Below are positions 41,327 through 51,625 of a stretch of DNA of 64,000 bases, piece after piece. The translations under genes were made by a program, and so were the position numbers. Under the pieces are notes generated by a model. It ran no database searches and was not told the DNA's origin. It saw nothing but the letters and a program-made list of their open reading frames with translations. The stretch is from an uncultured bacterium (GTDB lineage: Bacteria > Acidobacteriota > HRBIN11 > JAKEFK01), in assembly GCA_963777505.1 (NCBI GenBank), contig CAVZQN010000001.1, positions 288,001-352,000 of the forward strand, written 5' to 3'. Position 1 is the stretch's first letter; each line of letters starts with the position of its first letter.

Positions 41327-43336
41327 TTACGAGTCTGGCGGGAAAACTTCCAATACCGAAAAATCTACCCAGTAAATTCCTTCAGTGTTAGGAGCGACTT
41401 TTAGAATCCGTTCACCGATTTCTTTTGGTGGATCTTTTAACTGAATCCACCATGGCCGATCCGAAGGATATCCAATTTGATATGCAACAGGCGCTGGTGC
41501 AAATGCTTTGGCCCACACAGCAAATTCATCGATCATCGCATCCATGGAAGGCAATATCTGACTATCATCTACGAACAATAATCCGTCGCGCAAAGTGGGC
41601 GGCATCTTTTCAATCAACCAATGCTTGAGGAATAACCTGTATTCAGGATTGTATGATCGAGCGATAGAAAGCCACTGACTTGCAAGAGCGTCACTCACAG
41701 GTTCGCCTTGATCCGGATCTAAAGATTTGTACCACTCCACATCAATCCCAACCCCAACCACCGAACGATGATGTCCATATTTTTTCAGGATAAGGTGAAG
41801 CAATTTGTCCACTGATGCAAATCTTGGCTCAACCTGAAGCCAGATACGAAAATTCATCGTGTCAAACAGAGTCAATGCCTTTTCAGTTCTATCATCAACA
41901 TCCTTACCTGTTATTAATGGATCACCGACATCGTCGATGCTGAAAGGTAATTCGACTCCTCGATCGGTCTTTTTTCCTACGATCCAAATTGCTTCCGGAG
42001 TTGCGCCTGGAAACTTTGCTGCCATTTCACGGCCTACACGTGCCCAATATGCAGGACCTGGATCGTATCGCGGACCATAAATAGAACAACGAAAACCAGC
42101 CCCTAATCCTCGTCGCGTAGTACTATTACTATAGTACGTAGCTGCTGTTAGTGGAACGGGTGATTGGATCCATGCCAATAATTCTTTCGCGCTGACCACT
42201 CGCACTTCCGGTTTTGAAAGCGCGTAATCAAAAAATTCCTGAATCGCCTCGCGGCGTTCTCGAACATTAGCGCCGGGTGGTTGTTCCGGGCTGCTATCCG
42301 CATAAATGGCGCTATGCAAACCCACTGTTAATGGACATCTGTTCCCTTGCAAACGCAAATCCAGCGTATACTTCAACGTTGCAAGAACCTCTGCTTTCGT
42401 CATGCCGTATTCAAACCATAGATTCCAATCCATTCCTGTCACTTTGCCCTGATCCGCTTCAAAGTACTTCACTTTCTGCTTCAAACGATTACGTAAACCA
42501 GCCGCAACACCGTAGGCTTCACATTGATCATCGGGCGGCACAATGAATGCATACACCGGCAGCTCCCATAATCCAGGATGTTCGCGCACGCGAGGCAAAC
42601 CCTGTGTCTTATACGTTGCTTGATTACCTGGACTGCCGTGATTCAACAGATAAGGCCAAAGAAAATTCCGACCATCCTGATCATGCTGAAATCCTTCTTC
42701 GATACTGCAATCGTAAAGAAATCCCTTATTTCTCGCAGCTTTGAATGTGCGATCGCCATACTCAAGAAACGGTGTACGAAAACCAGGGAACTGACCGCTT
42801 TGAATGCCAAGCCCATCTGGCCGCGTTAAATAATCCATGCAAAGCTGCATTTCTTTTTCCCATTCGCCCACGCTGAATTCACGCCCATGCGGATGAGAAT
42901 GAGTATGAATGCCTATTTCGTGTCCGCGATCCAACGCTTCTTTCCAGGATTGTTTTACGAATGAAGGATCTTCCTGTCCATCTGGAGTTATGTAAATCGT
43001 ATTCACATAAAATGAATAATGTGGTTGTTGGCCGTCAAAATTGCGAAGGTCGCCTGTCCCTGCTGGATTCGCTCGCGAAGAAAACAGTTCAGTAAGAAAA
43101 TGCATTCCACCACTGCCACCGGATCCTTCTAGCCCAGAGTAAGGATTGTCATCCGTACCAAATGAAACAAACAGTGGAACCTGCTCTACGTTCAACCCAC
43201 CCGGAGGCTTTTGCATTGTTGCCGCTGGGATCGGAAATTTATGTGCGCCGCACGATACGACGCCAAGTAAAACTATTACTAGAAAAGATTTGGCGATAAC
43301 ACTCATTCTTTTATTCATTCCAATTCCGATAGCCAT
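41327..43336 (-). CDS. Lipoprotein: polysaccharide deacetylase-like domain fused to a second TIM-barrel-like domain
   Basis: Lipobox-like LGVVSC; FGTDD, HEIGIHTHSH, GFRTPFL and YDCSI NodB motifs; second domain starts GFRCSIYGP. Confidence 0.75.
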   Translation of the reverse strand: MAIGIGMNKRMSVIAKSFLVIVLLGVVSCGAHKFPIPAATMQKPPGGLNVEQVPLFVSFGTDDNPYSGLEGSGGSGGMHFLTELFSSRANPAGTGDLRNFDGQQPHYSFYVNTIYITPDGQEDPSFVKQSWKEALDRGHEIGIHTHSHPHGREFSVGEWEKEMQLCMDYLTRPDGLGIQSGQFPGFRTPFLEYGDRTFKAARNKGFLYDCSIEEGFQHDQDGRNFLWPYLLNHGSPGNQATYKTQGLPRVREHPGLWELPVYAFIVPPDDQCEAYGVAAGLRNRLKQKVKYFEADQGKVTGMDWNLWFEYGMTKAEVLATLKYTLDLRLQGNRCPLTVGLHSAIYADSSPEQPPGANVRERREAIQEFFDYALSKPEVRVVSAKELLAWIQSPVPLTAATYYSNSTTRRGLGAGFRCSIYGPRYDPGPAYWARVGREMAAKFPGATPEAIWIVGKKTDRGVELPFSIDDVGDPLITGKDVDDRTEKALTLFDTMNFRIWLQVEPRFASVDKLLHLILKKYGHHRSVVGVGIDVEWYKSLDPDQGEPVSDALASQWLSIARSYNPEYRLFLKHWLIEKMPPTLRDGLLFVDDSQILPSMDAMIDEFAVWAKAFAPAPVAYQIGYPSDRPWWIQLKDPPKEIGERILKVAPNTEGIYWVDFSVLEVFPPDS

Positions 43337-43347
43337 TTTCCTTCTCC

Positions 43348-43374
43348 AGCAGACGGGACGTCTGCGGTCCCTTA
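43348..43374. repeat. REP-like element
   Basis: agcagacgggacgtctgcggtccctta; same family as 46551-46604 and 35757-35781. Confidence 0.75.
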
Positions 43375-44409
43375 TCTGGTTTCGGTGACTTTGTGGATTC
43401 CGCGAGGGGATTCCGTATCGTAACCTTTTACACGAGCAAGGTGATAACAAAATAATTGAGCAGGCACAATTGAAACTAAGGGATTCAGCCATTCTGGAAT
43501 TCCATTTGGAAGAGTCAGCGAAGTATGTGCCAGATTTTGTGCTTCATTCAAATCTGAGATCACAAGCAATTCTGCTGATCGCCCAAAGCGCAATTCGCGA
43601 AGCACATCGATTACAGATTTGGCAACAGCACCTTCAGTGACAACTGCAAAGATAGGAAAGCTGCCATCGACCATCGCGATTGGACCATGCATAAAGTCGG
43701 CAGATGAAAACGAAGCCGCCTTAATGTATGCAAGCTCCTTGAGTTTCAGGCCCCACTCATATGCAGTTGGATAGTTATATCCGCGTCCGAGTACAACGCA
43801 ATCAGAAAGGGATCGATAATGTTGAGCTTTTACATTGACTTCGTTGTCTTGTTGAAGCGCAATTTGAATCCACTCTGGAACCTTATCTAATTCCTTCCAT
43901 CTGGCCCCATCATGTTTCAACGCTGATGACAGCATTGCGATTGCCATCAATTCCGTGCTGTATGTTTTTGTCGCAGCAACTGCATTTTCGTCGCCAGCGC
44001 CGATATCGAATACAAAATCGGCCTCGTTTGCAAGCGGCGAATTGACTTCGTTTGTAATTGCAAGAGTTAAACAACCCTGTCTCTTTCCTTCTGTAATTAC
44101 GCTCACAATATCCGGAGAGCGACCAGACTGTGAAATTCCGACAACTAAAGCAGAACGGAGTTGTGGCGGCTGATTGTAATAGGTAAACAAAGATGGAGCA
44201 GCAAATGCAACAGGGAGTTGATTTTCCGCACCCCATAAATAATTCGCATATCGTCCCGCCGTTTCTGATGTCCCCCTTGCGGCTATGAAAACAAATCGGA
44301 TGTCCTTCTTTTGAATTGCTGACGCAATTTCTTCAGCCGCACGCCTTTGTGTACGAAGCAGCCCTTCCAAACAACCAGGTTGTTCGTGAATTTCAGAATG
44401 AAGGCTCAT
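43372..44409 (-). CDS. SIS-domain amino-sugar-phosphate isomerase/deaminase (GlmS-C / GlmD-like)
   Basis: ARGTS, ISQSGRSPD, AVAATKTY, LKLKE, FMHGP, KVTETR; no glutaminase domain. Confidence 0.87.
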   Translation of the reverse strand: MSLHSEIHEQPGCLEGLLRTQRRAAEEIASAIQKKDIRFVFIAARGTSETAGRYANYLWGAENQLPVAFAAPSLFTYYNQPPQLRSALVVGISQSGRSPDIVSVITEGKRQGCLTLAITNEVNSPLANEADFVFDIGAGDENAVAATKTYSTELMAIAMLSSALKHDGARWKELDKVPEWIQIALQQDNEVNVKAQHYRSLSDCVVLGRGYNYPTAYEWGLKLKELAYIKAASFSSADFMHGPIAMVDGSFPIFAVVTEGAVAKSVIDVLRELRFGRSAELLVISDLNEAQNLAHTSLTLPNGIPEWLNPLVSIVPAQLFCYHLARVKGYDTESPRGIHKVTETR

Positions 44410-45272
44410 GCTATTTTTTTCTCCATTGCATCAAGGTGTAGAGCCGCGGCACCCAACAATGCGATGTCAGGCAATTCAGATTTTTCTATAACAAGACGCT
44501 TTAAGACATGTTGAAATGCGAAAGTCGAAGTTAATTTCTCCATCATGCTTTTTTTGAAAAATTCAAAAGCGCGGCTGATGGATCCTCCAAGGATTATGAT
44601 TTCAGGATCATATGCATATAAGGCGATTAACATAACATGTGCCATTTCAATTCCAAACTTTTCAAATGCATGAATCGCATCCGAATCACCTGCAGCAGCA
44701 CGTTCGAATACGGCTTCGCCACTCATCCCATAGAATCGTGTAAAGAATTCTCCACTGCAATAATTCTCGATCGTACGTTCTTTATATGGGATGGTTCCAA
44801 TTTCTCCTGCCCCGCAGTTGGTTCCGCTGTACAAACGGCGGTCGATAATAATTCCCGCTCCCAATCCAGTTCCGATGGTAATCCCCACAACGTTTCGAAA
44901 ACCGCGTCCTTTACCGTAATGACACTCGCCCAATGCAAAACAATTCGCATCGTTGTTCACATGAACTGATACCTGGAACGTACTTTCAAGAATTTCTCGC
45001 AAATGAACTTCCTTCCAAGAGGGAATATTTTGCACCGAATAAACGATTCCATGATTTACATCGACAACACTTGGAACTCCAATTCCGATCCCGGAAATTG
45101 TGTCATCAAAAACAGTATGAATCGCATCGATTAGTTCCTTGACTACAACCTGATCGTTATCAGTTGCAGGTACCGGACGTGAACATCGCTCGGTCACTGA
45201 GTCCTTTTGTACTTTACCAATCCGAAGGTTTGTTCCTCCAAGATCAACGGCGATTAGTGCGACTTCTTTCAT
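44406..45272 (-). CDS. ROK-family sugar kinase
   Basis: VDLGGT, NNDANCFALGE, IGTGLGAG, GAGEIG; ATGA overlap with the upstream MFS stop. Confidence 0.9.
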   Translation of the reverse strand: MKEVALIAVDLGGTNLRIGKVQKDSVTERCSRPVPATDNDQVVVKELIDAIHTVFDDTISGIGIGVPSVVDVNHGIVYSVQNIPSWKEVHLREILESTFQVSVHVNNDANCFALGECHYGKGRGFRNVVGITIGTGLGAGIIIDRRLYSGTNCGAGEIGTIPYKERTIENYCSGEFFTRFYGMSGEAVFERAAAGDSDAIHAFEKFGIEMAHVMLIALYAYDPEIIILGGSISRAFEFFKKSMMEKLTSTFAFQHVLKRLVIEKSELPDIALLGAAALHLDAMEKKIA

Positions 45273-46534
45273 GCTCTTGCAGTTTCTGGTTGAGATTTTT
45301 TTCGAATCGTTGCATTTGTAATCAGAGGGCGTGCCCAGAATCCAATGCTCAAAATGTATCCAAGGGTCAGATATAAGAAAATCATGCCGTAACGCAATCC
45401 AATCATGTCTCCAAGCCACCCGATTACGAGTGGAACAATCGCACCGCCTACAATTCCCGTACACAATATTCCAGAAAACGAACCATGGTGCCGGTCGAGC
45501 GAGTTGAGCGCAAGCGAAAAAATGATCGACCACATTACGGAAACACAAAATCCAACGCTAGCGAATGCAATTTTCGAAACATTTGCCGGTCCAAAAAGCG
45601 CTACACTGAGCATTGCGATCGAAAGCACTCCAGAACCGATCAATACCGACCTGCTATCAAAAAGCTTCAAAAGCACCAAGCCTACTGCGCATCCAATTGT
45701 CATCAATCCCCAAAACCATGAAACCGCCTGAGCTCCATCTACTTCCGGACGCATACCGTGATATCTTCTCAAAAATTCCGAAATCCAATTTGCTATCCCT
45801 TGTTCCGTTCCGACATAGGCAAAAATTCCGATGAAAAATAGGATCACTGTACGATTCTTGAAGAGTTGCAGGTACGTTTCTTTCGCTCCTGTTTTTTCAT
45901 CTTCCTTTAATTCAACTTTCGGCAATCGATACAATGCGAGCATCATAACCATGAACAAACAAACTGCGGCGAAGACCCAGTAAAGCGATACCCATGGGAG
46001 ATCCGGTGGAACAAGATCGCGGAGAGTGGCAATTAGCCAGCCATCAGCTCCCGGAGGCTGTTTTAGATTCGTAACGAGGTACGAATAAATCTTTGGACTT
46101 ATGTAGGACGCAAGTCCAAAAACCAATTGTCCAAGCACTGAAAAAAATGCGAAATGTTCTTCCCCGCCCGCCGTCCTTAATAATGGATTAATTGCAACTT
46201 GAAGCATGGCCATTCCAATACCAATTGAAAAAAAGGAAACAAGAGCCACATGAAACACTGGCCTCATCGCAAAAAATAAAGACGCAACAAGAGCAATGAC
46301 AAAAGAAGCAATCAGAATCGGCTTTTCAGTAAATTTTTCCAGTAAAATTCCGGCGGGAATTGACATCGGACCATAGGCAATGAAAAACGCAAATGGTAAA
46401 AACCCGGCAAGTACAAGGCTGAGTTTGAATGCATCAATGATATTCGGCACAAGCGGTCCGATGATGTTAGTGAGCAACGAGATCACGAAGAAGATAAAAA
46501 AGACAAGGGCTACGACTGCGTTGTTTCTAACCAC
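45269..46534 (-). CDS. MFS sugar permease (FucP/GluP/NagP-like)
   Basis: About 12 TMs; AFFIAYG, LQVAINP, YVGTEQG, GIVGGA. Confidence 0.9.
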   Translation of the reverse strand: MVRNNAVVALVFFIFFVISLLTNIIGPLVPNIIDAFKLSLVLAGFLPFAFFIAYGPMSIPAGILLEKFTEKPILIASFVIALVASLFFAMRPVFHVALVSFFSIGIGMAMLQVAINPLLRTAGGEEHFAFFSVLGQLVFGLASYISPKIYSYLVTNLKQPPGADGWLIATLRDLVPPDLPWVSLYWVFAAVCLFMVMMLALYRLPKVELKEDEKTGAKETYLQLFKNRTVILFFIGIFAYVGTEQGIANWISEFLRRYHGMRPEVDGAQAVSWFWGLMTIGCAVGLVLLKLFDSRSVLIGSGVLSIAMLSVALFGPANVSKIAFASVGFCVSVMWSIIFSLALNSLDRHHGSFSGILCTGIVGGAIVPLVIGWLGDMIGLRYGMIFLYLTLGYILSIGFWARPLITNATIRKKSQPETARA

Positions 46535-46550
46535 GATGTGCTCCTTTTGT

Positions 46551-46604
46551 AGCGGACGGGACGTCCGCGGTCCCCAATGCAGGCGAGACGCCTGCGGTCC
46601 CTTA
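46551..46604. repeat. Two tandem REP-like elements
   Basis: agcggacgggacgtccgcggtccc and tgcaggcgagacgcctgcggtccctta. Confidence 0.78.
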
Positions 46605-46610
46605 CGAACA

Positions 46611-49187
46611 TCATTTCACGTTCCAGCCTGAATACATCAGGGTTGGTTTTTCTCCGTTTAAGTTTTCCAGAGAGAAACGGGCGGAAAGTTGTTTCGTTTC
46701 ACCTGGAAGAAGCGAAACATAATTGTCATCCCAAAGCACCGGAAGAATTGTACGGCCGGTTTTATCTCCTATCACTTTTAGTTCAATGAAAAACGCAACC
46801 TTCTGTGTGGGATTTTTTAACGTTACACTGACTCCGTTGTCATCCCACTTTTGTTCTACTGAGACCTTCACTGGCTCTAATTTAGAAAATGAAGTGAAGT
46901 CAGCGTGCTCCTTGATGGGCGTGTAATACCAATCGGTTTTTTCAAAATCAAGAACATCCGGTTTTGACGAAAGCCAATAAAAGTTGTCAGCAACAACTTT
47001 GCCATCAGCATCTTTCAATTTCAGACTTAGAAACTGAATTGGTGATGTGTTTTGCCCGGAAGGAAGTTCCAGAATTTGCTTAGATTCGTATTCCCCGATT
47101 GACGTTTTTAGATTCTGCGAAAGCAATTCTTTCGATTCAAAAGAGAGCAACTTAATCTCGGCATTCAACGAAGAATGAGATTGATAGGTATCATTCACAA
47201 TAAAGATTGAACGCTTTCCGTAATCAAAAGAAATATTGAGCGGCTGATTCGCTTTTCGTGCTCCATAGAATGATCCGCCAGGCATTAAGTAATAGTCATA
47301 AAGCTGCCAGAACATTTTGGGCCATGCTGCGTTGAGCATCCACATAACAATGCCTGTTGAAACTGGTTTTCGAGTTCCAAAGGCTTCATACATTGCACGC
47401 ACAGCTTCGTAATTTAGTGCTTGTGCTTTTTTTGCAAAATCTTCCAGATCTGTAGCAGCGCCATAACGTTTGTTAAAAGCCTTCATGTAATAGTCCATTG
47501 ATTTGAATTCGTTACGGCCGGAATGGAAATTCCACACATCATTGATCGGCCAGTGATGCTCTTTTGCAAATTGCTTTTCGATGCTTTCCATCGGAGGTGG
47601 CTGCGCTCCAGGACTTGTTTCCGTATTGAATCCGTATGCGCCGCCATTTTCAGTGTCCACATACCAGTAGTTTGGCGTCACATATTCATAAGGTCCCAAC
47701 ATTTTCACAGCAGTCGGACCACTCACTTCACTTGTATATCCTTTTGTGGCACTAAGGATTGGACGACCTGGATCGATTTGTGCGAGCAACGCACGATACC
47801 GTTTTTCCAATTCAGGATTAGGCAACATATCACTCGCAAGCGCCCACACAAAAATACTGGGATGCTCTCGCAGCCACAAAACCTGATGCCTTAAATATTC
47901 CACCGCAAGTTTCATGTCCTCTTCAGACATGATTCCGCCGAATTTTTCATCGACTTCCTTTCCCAGATATCCTTTCCATTCCCATTGGCAGCTGAAGCCA
48001 ACCATCAGCATGATTCCGTATCGATCTGCCAATTCATAAAGTTTTTCACTGGAGCCCCAAATTCCTTCAAGGCGAACTGTATTCAGATTCAAATGCTTTA
48101 CATATTGAAACTGTGCTTCCAGATTCTTTTCATCTTCATACAGAAACAAGTCATCTACCCAGCCGCCGCCGCGAATCAGAATCTTTTTGCCGTTTACAAT
48201 GTAACCACGGTGTCCTTGCTCATTCAGATAATCTTTAAATTCACGAATGCCAAAGGTAAGGTTTTGTTTATCAGAAGCTTTTTGTAAATGCCGTACGGTG
48301 ACTGAAAGCGAATAGAGTTCAGGACTACCAAGATTGTTAGGCCACCAAAGACGAGGATTTTTAACAATCAAATCAGAAAACTCTGACGGAAGGATCCGGA
48401 ATTCCTTGGTCTCTTTCGGTCCAAGTGAGTAATTCTGTGTGAATTGAATACCTCCTTCGATTTCTCCGAATATCGTTCCTGAAACGGCTTGATTGCTGTG
48501 ATTGACTAGCTCACCGTTGATTGTTAGATGTGCTTCGTCTAAAGATTCAAGCTTACTGTCAACAAAAAGATTCTCAAGTGAAACAAGTCCTGTGCTTTTC
48601 ACTTTCACTTCGCGGAACAAACCCATATTTCTGTCCGGGGGTACTGGATTCCAATCAACAAATCCGATTGTGAGATCTCCGGGCTTTGGAGGAAAGACTT
48701 GAACAGAAAGTACATTCCCTTTTCTGCGGACAACCGAAGTAATATCAAAATCAAATCGTTTGAAAGCTCCCGAAGCTTCATCTGCGGAAGCAATCTTTTT
48801 TCCATTCAGAAAAATATTTGCACTGTAATTAATGCCATCAAAAATCAGCCTGACATTTTCCAATCTGGTTGCCGGATCCAGATCAAATTTGTTTCGATAC
48901 CACCAGGAGACTTGAAACGGTTCATACGAAATAGTCGTCAGGTTTTTGCCGAAGTATGGATCTCGGTAGACACCGCATCGAACCAGGGCCGCCAGAACAG
49001 TATTAGGAACAGTTGTCGCACACCATCCAGAAGTGTCAAAAACAGGCTTTGAAAGTTCTTCAGGTTTAGCAGAAACCTCGGAAGAAGAACGGATGCTCCA
49101 ACCTGCCTTCAGTAATTGTTCAGCCGCTTGTGTATCAGAAAATGAAATCACAAGAACTACAAGAAAGAGCCAGCAACATTTTTTCAT
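46611..49187 (-). CDS. GH2 exo-beta-D-glucosaminidase (CsxA-like)
   Basis: Signal peptide; DWNP.PPDRNMG, LNTVRLEG, ASD, GPYEYV.PNYWY, GFNTETSPG, PVLWDDNYVSLLPGE. Confidence 0.82.
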   Translation of the reverse strand: MKKCCWLFLVVLVISFSDTQAAEQLLKAGWSIRSSSEVSAKPEELSKPVFDTSGWCATTVPNTVLAALVRCGVYRDPYFGKNLTTISYEPFQVSWWYRNKFDLDPATRLENVRLIFDGINYSANIFLNGKKIASADEASGAFKRFDFDITSVVRRKGNVLSVQVFPPKPGDLTIGFVDWNPVPPDRNMGLFREVKVKSTGLVSLENLFVDSKLESLDEAHLTINGELVNHSNQAVSGTIFGEIEGGIQFTQNYSLGPKETKEFRILPSEFSDLIVKNPRLWWPNNLGSPELYSLSVTVRHLQKASDKQNLTFGIREFKDYLNEQGHRGYIVNGKKILIRGGGWVDDLFLYEDEKNLEAQFQYVKHLNLNTVRLEGIWGSSEKLYELADRYGIMLMVGFSCQWEWKGYLGKEVDEKFGGIMSEEDMKLAVEYLRHQVLWLREHPSIFVWALASDMLPNPELEKRYRALLAQIDPGRPILSATKGYTSEVSGPTAVKMLGPYEYVTPNYWYVDTENGGAYGFNTETSPGAQPPPMESIEKQFAKEHHWPINDVWNFHSGRNEFKSMDYYMKAFNKRYGAATDLEDFAKKAQALNYEAVRAMYEAFGTRKPVSTGIVMWMLNAAWPKMFWQLYDYYLMPGGSFYGARKANQPLNISFDYGKRSIFIVNDTYQSHSSLNAEIKLLSFESKELLSQNLKTSIGEYESKQILELPSGQNTSPIQFLSLKLKDADGKVVADNFYWLSSKPDVLDFEKTDWYYTPIKEHADFTSFSKLEPVKVSVEQKWDDNGVSVTLKNPTQKVAFFIELKVIGDKTGRTILPVLWDDNYVSLLPGETKQLSARFSLENLNGEKPTLMYSGWNVK

Positions 49188-49215
49188 ATTATTTAATCTC
49201 TTTGTGTCTCTGTGG

Positions 49216-51556
49216 TTAATTTCTTATCTGTGCCTTATATTGGTTTGCACTGGCCAAAGCCTCTCTGACCTGTTGCGGTTGTTTTTTCCGGTTATAAATA
49301 TCAGCGAGCAAAAAATAACCCATCGCTTTGTGCGCAGGATTTCTTGCGAGCGATAATCCTTGATCTGTTAATTTCAAAATTTCATTCGTATCCGCATTTT
49401 GCTGCAATAAACCGCGCGCGAGAAATAAGTAGCCCATTGCATTCTTTGGAGCAGTACGAACGACTTCACGCATCTGTACCATATATGCTTCTTGATCACC
49501 GCGGCGAAGCTGAAGCCGTCCAAGATTAAAACGTGCCATAAAACAATCCGGATACAGTTCTAATTCCTTTTCGTATTCACTGTAGCTCTCTTGTAATTTC
49601 CCCTGTTCTTCATAAAGCAATCCAAGATGAAAGTGCGCTAACGGAAACTTAGGATGATCCAGAAGAATTGCGGTTAAGTTCTTTTGCGCTTCATCATATT
49701 GCCTTAATCCAATCAGGCATGCGACGTAATTCAATTGGTTTTGTGTTAACTTGGGCTGGATTTCCACGGCTTTCTTCAACGCAGGCAATGCATCTTTGAA
49801 ATTCGCCATATCCATGTAAGCTTGTCCCATCAACGCCAGCGCTTGCGTATTCCGTTCATCGACTTCTATCGCTTTCTTGCAAAGCTGAATTACTTCATCT
49901 GACTTCCCTTCATCCTGAAGAACCTTCGCAAGACACACCAGGGCACGAACATTCACAGGGTCTTCCTCAAGTAAGTCGCGCAACAGAGAAGAGGCTTCAT
50001 CCAATCGCTTCAGTTCCACATAGTTTCCAGCAAGAAGCAATCGTGCTTGTGGATTTTGGGGATCTTCCTTCAGAATTTTTTCCAAAACAGCCGCAGCTTG
50101 TTCGTATTGATCGTTGTTGCTTAGCTCGCCTGCTTCCTGAATTGCCTCATGGACAACCAGCTTGTCTTTTGGATCAATTAAATTGTGAGAATCGCCGTCC
50201 GGCTTTGTAGAAACAGCTGCGCCGATGTAGCCAAGCGCTGCAAGACGTTCAACCGTTTCGCTATCAAGATTGGCCACATTCGCACCGGGAGCTCCTTCCG
50301 ATGTTTCTGCCACAACTTTCTTCAGAGACTTGTTGTAATCGCCAGCAGTCTTTGAGAGTTGTTGATGAATGTCGCTTTTTTCCGATGGATCACTTTTCAG
50401 ATCGTAAAATTCTGGACGTGGTGCATCGATGTATTTGTATTTGGAAGTACGCAGACTCAGAAGCGGTGACCATCCATACTGAATGCTTGGCGCCATTGAT
50501 TCGCTGTATGCATAAAAGCGATCCTCACTGCGCCCACCATCTTGAATCAATGACCACAACGATGTTACCTTGAACATTTTTAGGAATTGCGATGCCGGAA
50601 GCCTGCAACAACGTTGGATATAAATCGATTGTTCTTACCTGAGAAGGGATTTCCAATCCCGTCCCTGTTTAATTGGAGCTGAAAGAATAAACGGAACATG
50701 CACTGCATAGTCATAAATGTAATATCCATGCGATTTTTCACCGTGATCACCTAATCCCTCACCGTGATCGCCGATGACTGCAACGATTGTTTTTTCACGC
50801 AATCCTTTTTTTTCAAGCCAATCCAAGCATCGACCAATCTGTTCATCCATGAAAGCAATTTCACCATCATAAAGTCCAATCATGCTATTTGAAGAAGGCC
50901 GAAATCGATCTGGTGGTGAGTATGGAGTATGCGGGTCATAAAAATGCAGCCATGCGAAAAAGGGTTTATCCTTTTGTTCTTCAAGCCACGCTAACGCAGC
51001 ATCAGCGATTTCATTTCCAGGTCTTTGAACCAGACCGAGATCGAGCTTCTTGAATTTTTTCAAATCGAATTGATCATCATAGTGACTGAATCCTTGATTG
51101 AGCCCCCAGCGTCCATCCAGCACAAACGCGCCGACAAATGCGCCAGTTTGATAACCGTTTTCTGAAAATGCTTCAGCCAGAGTAAGATTTTCTGATGAAA
51201 GAGCTGTGTTTCCGTTAATCCGCACTCCATGATAGGTGGGATATGTTCCAGTAAATATGGAACAATGCGCAGGAAGTGTAAGTGGAGATGTTGTTGCGCA
51301 CTGCCGAAACAGAATTCCTTGCTTTCGCTAAAGAATCCAAATTCGGGGTGCGAATATTCTTGTAACCATATGCCGGAAGATGGTCTGCGCGAGTCGTATC
51401 AACCGTGATCAGAAGAACGTTCGGTTTTTTAAGTTTTTGTAATCCAGCAATGATGTTCTCGTTTGAGGTTCGACAACTGAACAAAAGAAGAATTGAGGTC
51501 GCAACTATGCTGAGCAGCGAGATGAGGAACAGTCCTCGCGTAGGTGCTTTTTGCAT
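49216..51556 (-). CDS. Sulfatase-like hydrolase fused to TPRs; frameshifts near 51320, 50660 and 50568
   Basis: PNVLLITVDTTRADHL, PLTLPAHCSIFTG (alternative frame), HFYDPHTPY, GDHGEGLGDHGE, LAALGY, C-terminal TPRs. Confidence 0.82.
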
Positions 51557-51577
51557 AGTTATCCTCTTACCCTATTC

Positions 51578-51617
51578 GAAGAAATGAGGGCGGCCCACGA
51601 TGGACCGCCCGAAAAAA
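51578..51617 (-). terminator. Hairpin after the TonB receptor gene (terminator or mRNA stabiliser)
   Basis: GGGCGGCCCA-cga-TGGACCGCCC flanked by A/T runs. Confidence 0.6.
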
Positions 51618-51625
51618 TCTAAGCT

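Noticed and set aside
43336-45548. Long N-terminal extensions of ORFs 41327..43492 and 44406..45548
   Set aside because: They overlap neighbouring genes; better starts with RBS or translational coupling exist at 43336 and 45272
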